Positions 1-10,303 are shown, counted from the stretch's first letter. The stretch is 64,000 nt of DNA from Candidatus Latescibacterota bacterium (GCA_965208125.1 OZ242320.1:2656001-2720000), one strand, 5' to 3'. The notes: a model not told the origin generated them from the sequence alone. Numbers and translations are program-made.

Positions 1-584
1 TTGCGTGGGGTTGCGCAGGGCAATGCCCATAGCACCGTTTTTGCCCAATAGAGCGAGGGAAAGCACGGGACCGATGTCAACTGCCAGCGGCTGTTCTGGC
101 AGGGTGTCTGGGAAGCCGGGAGTTTGGGATTCAAAATAGCGCCCCAGCCAACCGTGGTTCAAAAATTCTTTGGAATCCGATGCGGTCATCCAGATGTCGG
201 TCGAGCGGAAGTGCGACCGGTTGGGATTGGGATATCCCACTCCTGCATGACCATCAACTGACCTTCATCGTAGAGTTCTTTGAACCCTGTGAGTTGGGGA
301 TGCAGACCCTGTGTCGGGGTGAGTCTGAGGGCTTCTTGTTTTGTGATGTGGATTTTGGGACGCGCCTGATAATAGGCGTCGTTTTCAAAATTGACCAGGG
401 TGTTGAGGCCGTCATTACCGCCATTGAGGCGAATGATAACGAGCACGCGGTCGGTCTCGCTGAGGGCTGTTGCAGCCAGAGGCCCAATAGCTTCGGCGCG
501 CCCATAAGCCCGCGTCATAAAACCGCCCAGCGCAAACCCGGCACCACCGCGGGTCGCATTTTTGATAAAGTCGCGTCTGTTCAT
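1..584 (-). CDS. DUF1501 family protein with Tat-like leader; frameshifted near 243 and running off the window edge
   Basis: MNRRDF leader and [10 protein letters not shown] motif. The family motif [16 protein letters not shown] continues in another frame after CAG GA GTG. Lies downstream of a DUF1800 gene, the usual partner. Confidence 0.8.
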
Positions 585-623
585 AACGAGCTCCTTCTGG
601 AGGCTAACAGGCAGGCCTCAAGT

Positions 624-2096
624 CTAATTCAGTTGATAGTCGGGCAATTCAAAGATGAGTTTGAGAATATTCTTGATGCGCCGGGGTGCTGCAACAGCAT
701 CGGGATTCCAGTCATAGACATCGGCACCTTCGAGTAGCGTTTCCAAAAACATTTCGAGGCGATATTCGTCAACTGGAAAGGCCATCAGACATTCTCCCAT
801 GGCGCGAACGAGTTTTTCCGCGTCGTAGGGGTCGGGAAATGCCTTGACGAATCCCACGGCATCTGTGTTGAGGATGGTGTAACGGTTGGGATTGCGCGGT
901 CTGGCATCGACAATCTCGTCGGTCATTTTGTGGCGTTCGGGCAATGTTGATGTGCTGATCCACAGCCGATATCCCGGCCACCCGGCTACATTGGGCGGAT
1001 CAAGTAGTCTCTGGCCGAGCACCTGGGCGATGTAAACGAGGTATTGGGAACTTATGCTCCTGCCTGTGCCGGCTTTGAAACCGAGACTGCGCGCTGTGCC
1101 AGCGACGAGTTCGACGGGGCTTTTGATTTTAGCACCGATGGTGGCTGGATCGAAGAAGTGCTGGCTTAAGAGCAATGTCTTCAAAACCGGTTTGATTTCG
1201 TAATCGTTGTCGCGCATGATTTGCGCGAGTTCCGAGACGATGTTTTTGTCTGGATGCTCATAGACAAATTCGCGATAGAGTTTGCCGCATATAAATTCAG
1301 CTGTGACTTCTTGCTGGAAGATGATGTCGATAATGTCCCGATAATCAAAGTTACCAGTTTGTCCCAGGAAGGTCTTCTGGCCTTTGTCGAACCGGTTTTC
1401 TCTAAAAGTGGGTTGCCTGCCCACGACAATCCAACCTGTGAGCGCGCGTGACGCTTCTCCGATGTCTTGTTCTGTGTAGCCGCCACCTTCGCCCATTGTG
1501 AACAATTCCATGAGTTCTCGAGCGTAGTTCTCATTGGGTCTTCCCACTCTGTTGGAGTTGCTGTCGAGGTAGTAGATCATGGCCGGATCTATTGTGACTT
1601 CCTTGACAAGTGTTTTGAAATTGCCGACAGCACGCTTGCGAAACAGGAAATTCTGGAGATACATCCACTGCGGGCGTCTGACATCTTTGGCCTGGGTGGC
1701 AAAGTGATCGTGCCAGAAGAGCACCATGCGCTCTTGAATTGAGAACCCCTGGTTGACGATGAGTTCCATCCACCAGGCGCGGGTCTCGTCAACGCGCGCG
1801 CGCTCAATTTTGCGCTGGTCTGAATCGGGTTTTTGAAATGGATCCTGATAAACCCACTGAGCGGGTGGATTTGGTGGCAAAAAAGGCATTTCCAGAAGGC
1901 GATCTACAACGGCTTCTGGCGTGCTTTGCGCGGCTTCTGCTATTTCTCTTGGCGTTGGGCCAATGAGGGTGCGCCGCAAGAGGTGTGCCGCCCGGTGCTC
2001 ATTCCACGGCTGTTCTGCCGAGGGGATATACGGTTCGAGTCCCGTGGATGCATACGCAAGTTTGGGCGCAACAGGAAAATGTTCGCGATTGGACAC
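624..2096 (-). CDS. DUF1800 family protein
   Basis: Motifs AAHLLRR, ERMVLFWHDHFAT, PNENYARELMELFTMG and PPNVAGW. Confidence 0.9.
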   Translation of the reverse strand: MSNREHFPVAPKLAYASTGLEPYIPSAEQPWNEHRAAHLLRRTLIGPTPREIAEAAQSTPEAVVDRLLEMPFLPPNPPAQWVYQDPFQKPDSDQRKIERARVDETRAWWMELIVNQGFSIQERMVLFWHDHFATQAKDVRRPQWMYLQNFLFRKRAVGNFKTLVKEVTIDPAMIYYLDSNSNRVGRPNENYARELMELFTMGEGGGYTEQDIGEASRALTGWIVVGRQPTFRENRFDKGQKTFLGQTGNFDYRDIIDIIFQQEVTAEFICGKLYREFVYEHPDKNIVSELAQIMRDNDYEIKPVLKTLLLSQHFFDPATIGAKIKSPVELVAGTARSLGFKAGTGRSISSQYLVYIAQVLGQRLLDPPNVAGWPGYRLWISTSTLPERHKMTDEIVDARPRNPNRYTILNTDAVGFVKAFPDPYDAEKLVRAMGECLMAFPVDEYRLEMFLETLLEGADVYDWNPDAVAAPRRIKNILKLIFELPDYQLN

Positions 2097-2212
2097 GGAT
2101 ACTCCTCCTCTTGATGTAAATTTTCGGGATGCTGGTGGTTAAACGCCTGTATTATTTCAATATGATAAATTTGCGCTATTAGTGCAAGTTAAAATTTGTA
2201 AATACTAAAGCT

Positions 2213-2530
2213 TCAGGGAGAATATTTTGTGAGAGAGTCGAGTAGAGCTTGTTGCGCCGCTAAATTTCTTTCCGATGCCACGACAATGGTTTCCTGAATT
2301 TTGATACGGGCGTGTTCTATTTGTTCTGATTGTTCTTTTGGAATGCCCAGGGCGATATTGCGGCGAATTTCGATTTGCAGGCTGTCGCGCAGGGTTTTCA
2401 GGCGAATGCGTTCTTCACTCAGCGTCTTTTCAGCTTGTGAGACCTTCATTTTCTGACTTTCGAGTACGGGATTGGTTCCCGAACATGCGAAAATCAGAAT
2501 AAAAAAAAGAAATAAAGGAAAACGAGGCAT
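2213..2530 (-). CDS. Hypothetical lipoprotein, coiled-coil
   Basis: Hydrophobic N-terminus with IFAC lipobox; starts 1 nt after the stop of the upstream gene. Confidence 0.65.
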   Translation of the reverse strand: MPRFPLFLFFILIFACSGTNPVLESQKMKVSQAEKTLSEERIRLKTLRDSLQIEIRRNIALGIPKEQSEQIEHARIKIQETIVVASERNLAAQQALLDSLTKYSP

Positions 2531-2531
2531 A

Positions 2532-3953
2532 TTATTTTTGACTATTGAGGTAGTGCTGGATGTGGCGGCGAGCGCGGTAGGTTTTTACGCGGCTGACCCA
2601 GCTCTTTTTTGGATGTTGATTTGGATCGGTGTCAATTTCAACGGTGTCGCCCCAGGCGAGTTTGGAGAACGGATAAGCCCGCGCGCCGTTGATACGACCT
2701 CCTTTGCATTGCAAGCCGAGGTCGGTATGCACGGCAAAGGCAAAATCGGCAAGGGTCGCATCTTCGGGCAAAATAAAGGGATCGCCTCTGGGGGTGAGTG
2801 CGACAATTTCTCGGGTAAAGAGAATGCGTTTGAGTTCAGATATCAGGTGATGGGAGGCATCGGCGCGGTCGTACCAATCGACAAAATCGTGCAACCAGCG
2901 CGTGCGCCGCTCTTCGTGCTCTGCATCTCCGCGCAACGCGGCAATGCCAAATTCGCCCAGGCGATGCATTGCGGGGGTTTGAATGTGAAGTTCGTAGCGT
3001 TGATCCCTGTGGTGGACACAGGTATGGAGAGCCTGATAACCATTGCGTTTGGGCAGGGCTATAAAGTCTTTGAAACGCTCCATTACGGGCAGGAAGTGCT
3101 CGTGCAAAATGCCCAAAGCCAAATAACATAATCGGCGACGCGAGACAATGACTTCGACTGCGTAGCGATCCTGTATTTGATTGAGGGGACGATGTTGCAT
3201 TTTGCGGTAAATGCTGCCCAAACTTTTCTGTTGTACGCGCACACTTGTCCGCACGCCGTTGGCATTGAGCAAGTTGCGAATTGTGTCCTGGAATTTCGCG
3301 AGGTGCTCGGTCTGTTCTGTTCTAAGTGTGGTCTGTATCTGATTCGCGATTCGCGGTTCGAGGCAGGTAAGGCTGCGGTCTTCGAGTTCGCGGCGGATAC
3401 GGGCCATGCCCAACAAGTGCGATAGGGGTGCGTATATATCAATGGTTTCTCGCGCAATGCGTTGCCGTCTGTCGATTTCTGAAATGCCGTCGAGGCTGCG
3501 CATGTTATACATGCGGTCAGCTAATTTGAGAATGAGTACGCGCGGGTCTCTTCTGGCATGGGTGAACAGGTGTTGCAAGGTGGCAATGCGCCGCGCAGTG
3601 CGACCGGCTTTTGATCCTTCTACTTTTGTAACGCCGCTGACGAGGGTGGCAATGTTTTTGCCAAAGGTGGGTTCAATGTCGTTAAGGGTCAGGGCAGAGT
3701 CTTCAACGGCGTCGTGCAATAGTGCCGCTGCCATCATTTCCGCGTCGCGCGCAAATCCCAATTCAGAAGCCAGGATGAGTGCCACGCCAATGGGGTGGGT
3801 AATATACGGTTGCCCGGCGTCACGGTCCTGGCCTTCGTGGCTGGCATTGGCGAAGTGATAGGCATGCCCGACGAGCGGATGATTGCGCTGGGGAATTTGT
3901 ACCAGCAATTTCCGCAGAGGCTCGCGTATGGAAGTTAGATGTTTGGTATTCAC
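2532..3953 (-). CDS. RelA/SpoT homolog (HD + synthetase-like + TGS), lacking C-terminal ZFD/ACT domains
   Basis: HxxQxRxxGxPYITHP, LLHDAVED, KLADR, PKRNGYQALH, and TGS motif DFAFAVHTDLG. Confidence 0.9.
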   Translation of the reverse strand: MNTKHLTSIREPLRKLLVQIPQRNHPLVGHAYHFANASHEGQDRDAGQPYITHPIGVALILASELGFARDAEMMAAALLHDAVEDSALTLNDIEPTFGKNIATLVSGVTKVEGSKAGRTARRIATLQHLFTHARRDPRVLILKLADRMYNMRSLDGISEIDRRQRIARETIDIYAPLSHLLGMARIRRELEDRSLTCLEPRIANQIQTTLRTEQTEHLAKFQDTIRNLLNANGVRTSVRVQQKSLGSIYRKMQHRPLNQIQDRYAVEVIVSRRRLCYLALGILHEHFLPVMERFKDFIALPKRNGYQALHTCVHHRDQRYELHIQTPAMHRLGEFGIAALRGDAEHEERRTRWLHDFVDWYDRADASHHLISELKRILFTREIVALTPRGDPFILPEDATLADFAFAVHTDLGLQCKGGRINGARAYPFSKLAWGDTVEIDTDPNQHPKKSWVSRVKTYRARRHIQHYLNSQK

Positions 3954-6799
3954 GCCGCGCTCACTTTGTCGAACCAGCTTTTGATGGTTTGTAGTAAATG
4001 GTCTGGTGCTCGAAACGCCCGATGTTGAACCGGGAGTGCTTCGAGAAAGGCCCGCCCGTAAAAGGTGGATAAAACCCGACTGTCGAAGACAATGACAATA
4101 CCTCTGTCGGATTTGTTGCGAATCAGGCGGCCAAAACCCTGGCGAAATTTGAGAATAGCTTCGGGGACAGAATAGTGTAAAAATGGATTTTTACCCTGTT
4201 TTTCGAGTTCTTCCATGTGTGCTGCAACAAGGGGGTCAGATGGCACGGCAAAAGGCAGGCGAATGATGCCCAGTATTTCGAGAGCTTCGCCGGGGATATC
4301 TACTCCCTCCCAGAAACTGTCCGTACCCAGGAGCATTGCGCGGCGGTGGGTTTTAAAGCGTTCGGTAATACTGCCGCGCGCACCGTCTATCCCCTGTCCC
4401 AGAAGCAAGATGCCATCGGATGACAGATCGTTTTTGAGTGCGTCATAAGACTGGTTGAGCATGCTATAGGAGGTAAATAATGCCAGCGTGCCCCGTCCGA
4501 CTTTACATGCCAGATGGCGCAGCAAATCGTCAACAGCTTGTTGAAAATGAGGGGATTTAGGTGATGGCATAAATTGTGGCACGCAGACAAGGGCTTGTAA
4601 GTCGTAGTTAAAGGGCGAACCCAGACAACTCGTTTGCACGCGCTCTTCGGGCATGGTGTCGAGCCCCATGCGCTGAAGAAAGTAGATGAGTTTGCCGCGA
4701 ATGCCCAAAGTGGCTGATGTGAAGACGATGGTGCGCATTTTGTCGTAGAGTGCGTCGCGCAATACTTCGGCGACGTGCAGGGGCGCGGAAAATAGGCGCG
4801 TGTCACTGCTGTTTTCTCGGGTTGGCAATTCAAACCAGTAAACATATTGTTCGTCTTCGGGATGGGTCAAGTGATTGAGGGTCGTGAGCAGATCGTTGCA
4901 TTCCTGTGTGCGCCCGTCGAGTTCGTTGACGAGTTCGTCCTGGTTGGGAAACGTGTCGTCGGGCAAGTCTTTGAGCCAATCACACAGATTTTTTAAGCTA
5001 TTATTGAGTTCTTTGACCGCTTCGGCAAAGTCCTCAAGGCTTTCACTGACTGCCTCAAACGTATTTTCACCCGGGCGATAGCGCACTTTGGGCGTGTAGT
5101 AAAATTTGCGATTGCCCTGTTTGCCGTACAAAAATTTCGTGAGGTCTTGAAAAAAGGTCTGCGCTTTGAGATAGATGTCTTCGGCGGCGTTCACAGCCCG
5201 CCCAATGCCTTTGTCAAAGGTGGCGAAGATATTGTCTTTGAGGTCGGCTACACCGATCCAGTGGCGCAATGCGGGCAGGGTACCGGTGCTTTGAAAGCCC
5301 GGACTGCGCAGTTGATCGGAAAAATTTTTGATGTGCCATATATTGAGTTCGCGGCCCAGATATTGTGCGGCAATTTTTTCAATGTTGTGGGCTTCGTCCA
5401 GGATGAGGTCTTCGTATTCGCCCAGCACGGCATTTTCCGAGACGATATCGGAAAAGAGCAGGGAGTGATTGACGACCACGATATGTGCTTTTTGGGCAGA
5501 GCGGCGCACGGTGTTGGCAAAACACTGTCCGTTGGTGCGGCACTTTTGCGAGCGGCAATACCCCGAGTCGGAACACACTTTTGCCCACAGGCCAGCATAG
5601 CGACGCATGTCAAAGCCATTGTTTTCCGAAATGTCGCCTGTTTGCGTTTGTTCTGCCCATATAACGAGAGATAAAGCTCCTTCGCGCTCGTCTTCGGTAA
5701 AGAAGGTTTCGGTATTGGCGAGTGCTGCATGCCACCGATTGAGGCATATATAGTTGCTGCGGCCTTTGAGCAGGACATAGCTGAAGGGTACATTCAGGAT
5801 GCGTTCGAGGTGGGGCAGGTCTTTGAAGAACAATTGTTCCTGAAGATTTTTGGTATTGGTGGAAACGATGATGCGGCGACCATTTTGTGCGGCGTGGTGA
5901 ATGGCCGGGGTGAGATAGGCCATGGATTTGCCCACGCCTGTGCCTGCTTCAGCGACGAGGAGATGGTTGTTGTTGAAGGCATCGGCAATGGCGCGTACCA
6001 TTTCGATCTGTTCGGTACGCACTTCATATCCTTCGGTTTGTTGGTCAAATGTGCCGCCGGATTCAAACAGGGTGCAGAGCAGGTCGATGTCGAGAGGCGC
6101 GTGGTCCTCTGTGTCCGTTCGTGGTTCTTCGCCGCCCACATTGGATAGGGGGAGGCCATCTGCACCACCACCGCGAATGCGGTTCATAAATTCGCTTTTG
6201 GCCGCTTCGTTGCCCAGATCGACAAAGATGTTGAGCAAGGGGCTATTTGTGCCTTGCAAAAGCTGGAGTATTTGTTGTTTGGTGCGGAATGAGGTTTCGC
6301 GCAAGACCTCGACGATACCCGGGTATATGCCTGCGAGTTGCTCGGCATCGCAAAGTGCTTTGTGCGCTGATTGGGATTCGACTTCAAAATAGTCCGCAAG
6401 CGTATTCGCCCGATGATCGGATAAACTGGGCAAGGCAATCCGGGCGAGGTCGCGCACGCTGTGTATGTTGTTGCCAAAAGGCAGGCCAGAGGCTTCAGAT
6501 AAAAAGCGAGTTTCAAATCGACCCTGATGTACGATGAGGGGCTGGTCGCTGGCAAAGGTCATAAAGTTTTCGATTGCCGCATTGATGCGGGGTGCGTTTC
6601 TCACGTCTTTGAATGCTATGCCAGTCAGGCGCGTTGTTTCTTCGGGCACCCCCATTTTGGGCCGCACATAAGTCTGAAAGCGCTCGACGATTTCGCCATC
6701 TTTTACTTTGACAGCACCGATTTCGATTATTTCGGCTTCTTTTGGGTTCAGACCCGTGGTTTCGAGGTCGAGGGTTATGTAGGTGTGGAGAATGGACAT
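3950..6799 (-). CDS. dinG: DnaQ-like exonuclease / DinG-family helicase fusion
   Basis: N-terminal LDLETTG; helicase motifs EAGTGVGKS, DEAH, SATL, FWEGVDIPG, QGFGRLIR. Confidence 0.9.
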   Translation of the reverse strand: MSILHTYITLDLETTGLNPKEAEIIEIGAVKVKDGEIVERFQTYVRPKMGVPEETTRLTGIAFKDVRNAPRINAAIENFMTFASDQPLIVHQGRFETRFLSEASGLPFGNNIHSVRDLARIALPSLSDHRANTLADYFEVESQSAHKALCDAEQLAGIYPGIVEVLRETSFRTKQQILQLLQGTNSPLLNIFVDLGNEAAKSEFMNRIRGGGADGLPLSNVGGEEPRTDTEDHAPLDIDLLCTLFESGGTFDQQTEGYEVRTEQIEMVRAIADAFNNNHLLVAEAGTGVGKSMAYLTPAIHHAAQNGRRIIVSTNTKNLQEQLFFKDLPHLERILNVPFSYVLLKGRSNYICLNRWHAALANTETFFTEDEREGALSLVIWAEQTQTGDISENNGFDMRRYAGLWAKVCSDSGYCRSQKCRTNGQCFANTVRRSAQKAHIVVVNHSLLFSDIVSENAVLGEYEDLILDEAHNIEKIAAQYLGRELNIWHIKNFSDQLRSPGFQSTGTLPALRHWIGVADLKDNIFATFDKGIGRAVNAAEDIYLKAQTFFQDLTKFLYGKQGNRKFYYTPKVRYRPGENTFEAVSESLEDFAEAVKELNNSLKNLCDWLKDLPDDTFPNQDELVNELDGRTQECNDLLTTLNHLTHPEDEQYVYWFELPTRENSSDTRLFSAPLHVAEVLRDALYDKMRTIVFTSATLGIRGKLIYFLQRMGLDTMPEERVQTSCLGSPFNYDLQALVCVPQFMPSPKSPHFQQAVDDLLRHLACKVGRGTLALFTSYSMLNQSYDALKNDLSSDGILLLGQGIDGARGSITERFKTHRRAMLLGTDSFWEGVDIPGEALEILGIIRLPFAVPSDPLVAAHMEELEKQGKNPFLHYSVPEAILKFRQGFGRLIRNKSDRGIVIVFDSRVLSTFYGRAFLEALPVQHRAFRAPDHLLQTIKSWFDKVSAA

Positions 6800-6962
6800 G
6801 GAGAAAATTGAAAAACCTTATAGGTTGACTCTTTGATTTCTGTTCGGTATCATAAATGCCGACCAGTTTTGATTTTCCGATCGGCTCTTGCATGGCAGCA
6901 ATTTGATATGGTGTAACATACATTACAAAGCCCTGAATTTCAAGGTTTATTGCGGAGGTGAT

Positions 6963-7979
6963 ATGAAAGCGTCTGTTTATCTGGGTCCCGAGCGGGTTGA
7001 ATTGCGCGATATTGAGGAACCCAAACCGGGTGATGATGAGGTGCTCATCAAGGTGGCGCGGGCGGGTTTATGCGGTACGGATTTGCATGTTTATCAGGGG
7101 CACATGGATCAGCGGGTGCAAATTCCTCTGGTGATGGGACACGAGATGTGCGGCGAGATTGTCTATGTTCCGAAAGATGCCGGGTTCAAAGTAGGGGAGC
7201 GCGTGGTGGTTGAACCCACGGTGGCATGTGGCGTGTGTGCGGCTTGTCGTCGGGGGCATCGGCATATTTGTCAGAATTTGAATTTTTTGGGTATTGACTC
7301 TGCGGGTGCATTTCAGGCTGTTTGGAATGCACCACTCAATCGCTTGCACCGCGTGCCCAATGCACTGGACGACGATGCTGGCGCGCTTATTGAACCGCTT
7401 GCAGTCGCTGTCCACGATGTTCGGCGTGCCAAAGTGGAATTGGGTGACCGCGCGGTTGTGATTGGCGGCGGTCCAATTGGGATACTAATTGCAATGGCGG
7501 CGCGATTGGATGGGGCCGAGGTGGTGATTTCCGAAGTGAATCCCTTTCGTTTGGCAAAGGCGAGGGCATTGGGCTTTGAGGTTGTGAATCCATTGGAAAC
7601 TGATCTTCTCGCATATACAGAAGATTGGACCGAGGGTGCAGGTGCGGACCTCGTGTTTGAAGTTAGCGGCAGTGCACCCGGTGCAAAGGTTATGACTGAG
7701 TTGGCTCGGGTCCGCGGAACCATTGTGCTGGTTGGGGTACACGCTGAACCGCCGCCTGTGGATTTGCAGCGGTTTTTTTGGCGGGAATTGCATCTGGTGG
7801 GGTGTCGCGTGTACGAACCCATAGATTTTGAGCGGGCAATTCGATTGGCGGCATCTGGCGCGGTTGATGTAAAAGCTCTGATTACGGATACGCTGCCACT
7901 GGAGGATGCGGCAAAGGGATTTGAACAGATGGTGGCGGGTGGAGAGGTGATGAAGGTGCTTTTGGACTGTCAGGTGTAA
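6963..7979 (+). CDS. Zn-dependent (MDR) sugar/alcohol dehydrogenase
   Basis: GLCGTD, GHE, CGVCAAC..C and GGGPIG motifs; GGAGG RBS before ATG 6963. Confidence 0.9.
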   Translation: MKASVYLGPERVELRDIEEPKPGDDEVLIKVARAGLCGTDLHVYQGHMDQRVQIPLVMGHEMCGEIVYVPKDAGFKVGERVVVEPTVACGVCAACRRGHRHICQNLNFLGIDSAGAFQAVWNAPLNRLHRVPNALDDDAGALIEPLAVAVHDVRRAKVELGDRAVVIGGGPIGILIAMAARLDGAEVVISEVNPFRLAKARALGFEVVNPLETDLLAYTEDWTEGAGADLVFEVSGSAPGAKVMTELARVRGTIVLVGVHAEPPPVDLQRFFWRELHLVGCRVYEPIDFERAIRLAASGAVDVKALITDTLPLEDAAKGFEQMVAGGEVMKVLLDCQV

Positions 7980-7987
7980 AGGGAGTC

Positions 7988-8758
7988 ATGATGGGAATTT
8001 TGGATAAGTTTGATTTGAGCGGTAAGACTGCGCTGGTGACGGGGTGTCGGCGCGGTATTGGCCGCGCTTTTGCCCAGGGGTTGGCCGAGGCTGGTGCCGA
8101 TATTGTGGGGGTGAGTGCATCGCTGGCGTTGGGTAGTGAAGTAGAAGGGGATGTCGCTGCATTGGGCCGTAGTTTCCGCCCTTATGCATGTGATTTTTCC
8201 GATCGGGATGCTTTGCGTACTTTTATAGCACAGGTAAAAGCAGATGTCGCTCAGGTCGATATATTGGTGAATAACGCGGGTACGATTTTGCGGGAACCCG
8301 CGGCGGATCATCCCGATGAATACTGGGATAGGGTGATTGAAGTAAATTTGAACGCGCAATTTGTTCTCGCGCGCGAGTTTGGCAAAGAAATGGTGGCGCG
8401 TAGGCGTGGCAAAATTGTTTTTACAGCGTCTTTGCTGAGTTTTCAGGGGGGTATTACAGTTCCGGGTTACGCTGCGGCCAAAGGGGGTATTGCGACTTTG
8501 ACGATGGCACTGTCAAATGAGTGGGCGAGCAAGGGGGTGAATGTCAATGCTATTGCGCCGGGTTATATTGCAACAGATAATACCGAAGCCCTGCGCAATG
8601 ATTCTGTCCGCTCCGAGCAAATTTTGACGCGGATTCCCCAGGGACGATGGGGACAGCCGGATGATCTGAAAGGCGCGTGTGTGTTTTTGTGTTCGGATGC
8701 GGCCAATTATGTCAATGGTGCGATTTTGACTGTGGATGGTGGATGGATGGGGCGGTGA
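7988..8758 (+). CDS. kduD: SDR oxidoreductase, 2-dehydro-3-deoxy-D-gluconate 5-dehydrogenase-like
   Basis: TGxxxGIG, NNAG, ASLLSFQGGITVPGYAAAK, C-terminal VDGGWMGR. Confidence 0.8.
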   Translation: MMGILDKFDLSGKTALVTGCRRGIGRAFAQGLAEAGADIVGVSASLALGSEVEGDVAALGRSFRPYACDFSDRDALRTFIAQVKADVAQVDILVNNAGTILREPAADHPDEYWDRVIEVNLNAQFVLAREFGKEMVARRRGKIVFTASLLSFQGGITVPGYAAAKGGIATLTMALSNEWASKGVNVNAIAPGYIATDNTEALRNDSVRSEQILTRIPQGRWGQPDDLKGACVFLCSDAANYVNGAILTVDGGWMGR

Positions 8759-8787
8759 AGAAAAAACATTTTACTTGGAGGTTTGAT

Positions 8788-9771
8788 ATGGAATACAGGC
8801 CGTTTGGAAAGACCGGATTGGATGTTTCAGCGATTGGGTTTGGGTGCTGGGAACTCGGCGGGAATTATGGTTATTTTGATGAAGGCGAAGTGATTGCGGG
8901 CATTCACAAGGCACTGGATTTGGGGATTAATTGCTTTGATACGGCCGAAGGCTATGGAAAGGGAAAATCAGAGGCTTTGCTCGCGCGCGGGCTGGGGAAT
9001 CGACGCAAGGATGTGATTGTGGTGACAAAGGTCGGTATTGGATATACGGATTCGGGGCGGGAAAAGGGGCGCGACAGTCGCAGAGAGCGGATTATGACGT
9101 CGGTAGAGAATAGTTTGCGGTTTTTGAATACGGATTATATCGATGTTTATTTGATTCACTGGCCCGATCGGCATACGCCTTTTGAAGAGCCTATGCAGGT
9201 GCTGGAAGATTTGATTCAGCAGGGGAAGGTGCGTTTTGGAGGGGTATCGAATTTCAAGGCCGAGGAGGTCGATGCGTGTATGAAGACGCGGCGGGTAGAT
9301 GTGGGGCAATACGGCTATCACATGTTTGATCGGCGTATGGAGAGAGATGTTTTTCCATATTGCGAGGCGCACGGCATTGGGATGATGGGATATGGCTCTC
9401 TGGCACATGGACTGCTCGCCGGGGCATTTGATGAGCATACGACATTCGACACAGAAGATTGGCGCTCTAAGGGCGGGTTGTTTAATATGCCTTTGTTTGC
9501 AGAGGAGAATTTTCCGCGCAATCTGAAGGTGGTGGAAGCGTTAAAACAGATGGCAGCGGACCGCGGCACAGCGGTATATCACCTCGCGCTGGCGTGGGTG
9601 TTGTCCAATCCCGTGATTAGCACAGCACTGGTTGGCGTGCGTAAACCTGAGGAGGCGGTGTCAAATATGGGGGCATTAGAGTTGACGCTGTCCGAAGACG
9701 ATAAGTGTGCTATTGATGCGATATTTGAGAATTACGGGGTGGATACGCGCCCGGATATTTGGGTGGAATAA
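8788..9771 (+). CDS. Aldo/keto reductase
   Basis: FDTAEGYG, IHWPD and GVSNF motifs; GGAGG RBS before ATG 8788. Confidence 0.9.
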   Translation: MEYRPFGKTGLDVSAIGFGCWELGGNYGYFDEGEVIAGIHKALDLGINCFDTAEGYGKGKSEALLARGLGNRRKDVIVVTKVGIGYTDSGREKGRDSRRERIMTSVENSLRFLNTDYIDVYLIHWPDRHTPFEEPMQVLEDLIQQGKVRFGGVSNFKAEEVDACMKTRRVDVGQYGYHMFDRRMERDVFPYCEAHGIGMMGYGSLAHGLLAGAFDEHTTFDTEDWRSKGGLFNMPLFAEENFPRNLKVVEALKQMAADRGTAVYHLALAWVLSNPVISTALVGVRKPEEAVSNMGALELTLSEDDKCAIDAIFENYGVDTRPDIWVE

Positions 9772-9810
9772 GCCAAAGAGAGGGAAAAAAGGGGAATGGG
9801 CAATCTATAC

Positions 9811-9840
9811 TTGACAAATCAAAGCATGCTGGACTATAAT
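9811..9840 (+). promoter_or_regulatory. Sigma70-type promoter of the HU gene
   Basis: TTGACA-18 nt-TATAAT. Confidence 0.75.
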
Positions 9841-9921
9841 TAGAGTATAGCCTTCGACCTATCTGCCTTCGTGGGGGCATTAGGTTTGAGATTATAACCA
9901 TTTTCACAAAGGGAGAGAATT

Positions 9922-10239
9922 ATGTCGCAAGCTGTAACAAAACGATGGAGTAAAGCCCAGATTGTAAGCGCGATCGCAGAAAGCACTGGTCTGAGCAAAA
10001 AGGATGTGGGTAGCGTTCTCGATGGGTTGGACAGTGCCATTGAAAGCCATGTCACAGCAGGTTCTGTCGGTGAATTTGTGTTGCCCGGTCTGCTCAAAAT
10101 CAAAAGGGTCGAAAAACCGGCTCGCGCAGAACGAGAGGGCGTCAATCCTTTCACTGGCGAAAAAATAACAATTGCAGCCAAACCCGCTTCGCAGGGTATA
10201 AGAATTTCAGCCCTGAAAAAACTGAAAGACATGGTTTAG
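9922..10239 (+). CDS. HU family DNA-binding protein
   Basis: SKAQIVSAIAE...LPGLLK...REGVNPFTGEKITIAAKPAS. Confidence 0.9.
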   Translation: MSQAVTKRWSKAQIVSAIAESTGLSKKDVGSVLDGLDSAIESHVTAGSVGEFVLPGLLKIKRVEKPARAEREGVNPFTGEKITIAAKPASQGIRISALKKLKDMV

Positions 10240-10267
10240 CAATTGCCGCATTATAGGGAACTATCGT

Positions 10268-10303
10268 AAAGCCCAGCCTTTTAAGGTTGGGCTTTTTATT
10301 TTT
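10268..10303 (+). terminator. Intrinsic terminator
   Basis: AAAGCCCAGCCTT/AAGGTTGGGCTTT hairpin followed by a T-run. Confidence 0.8.
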
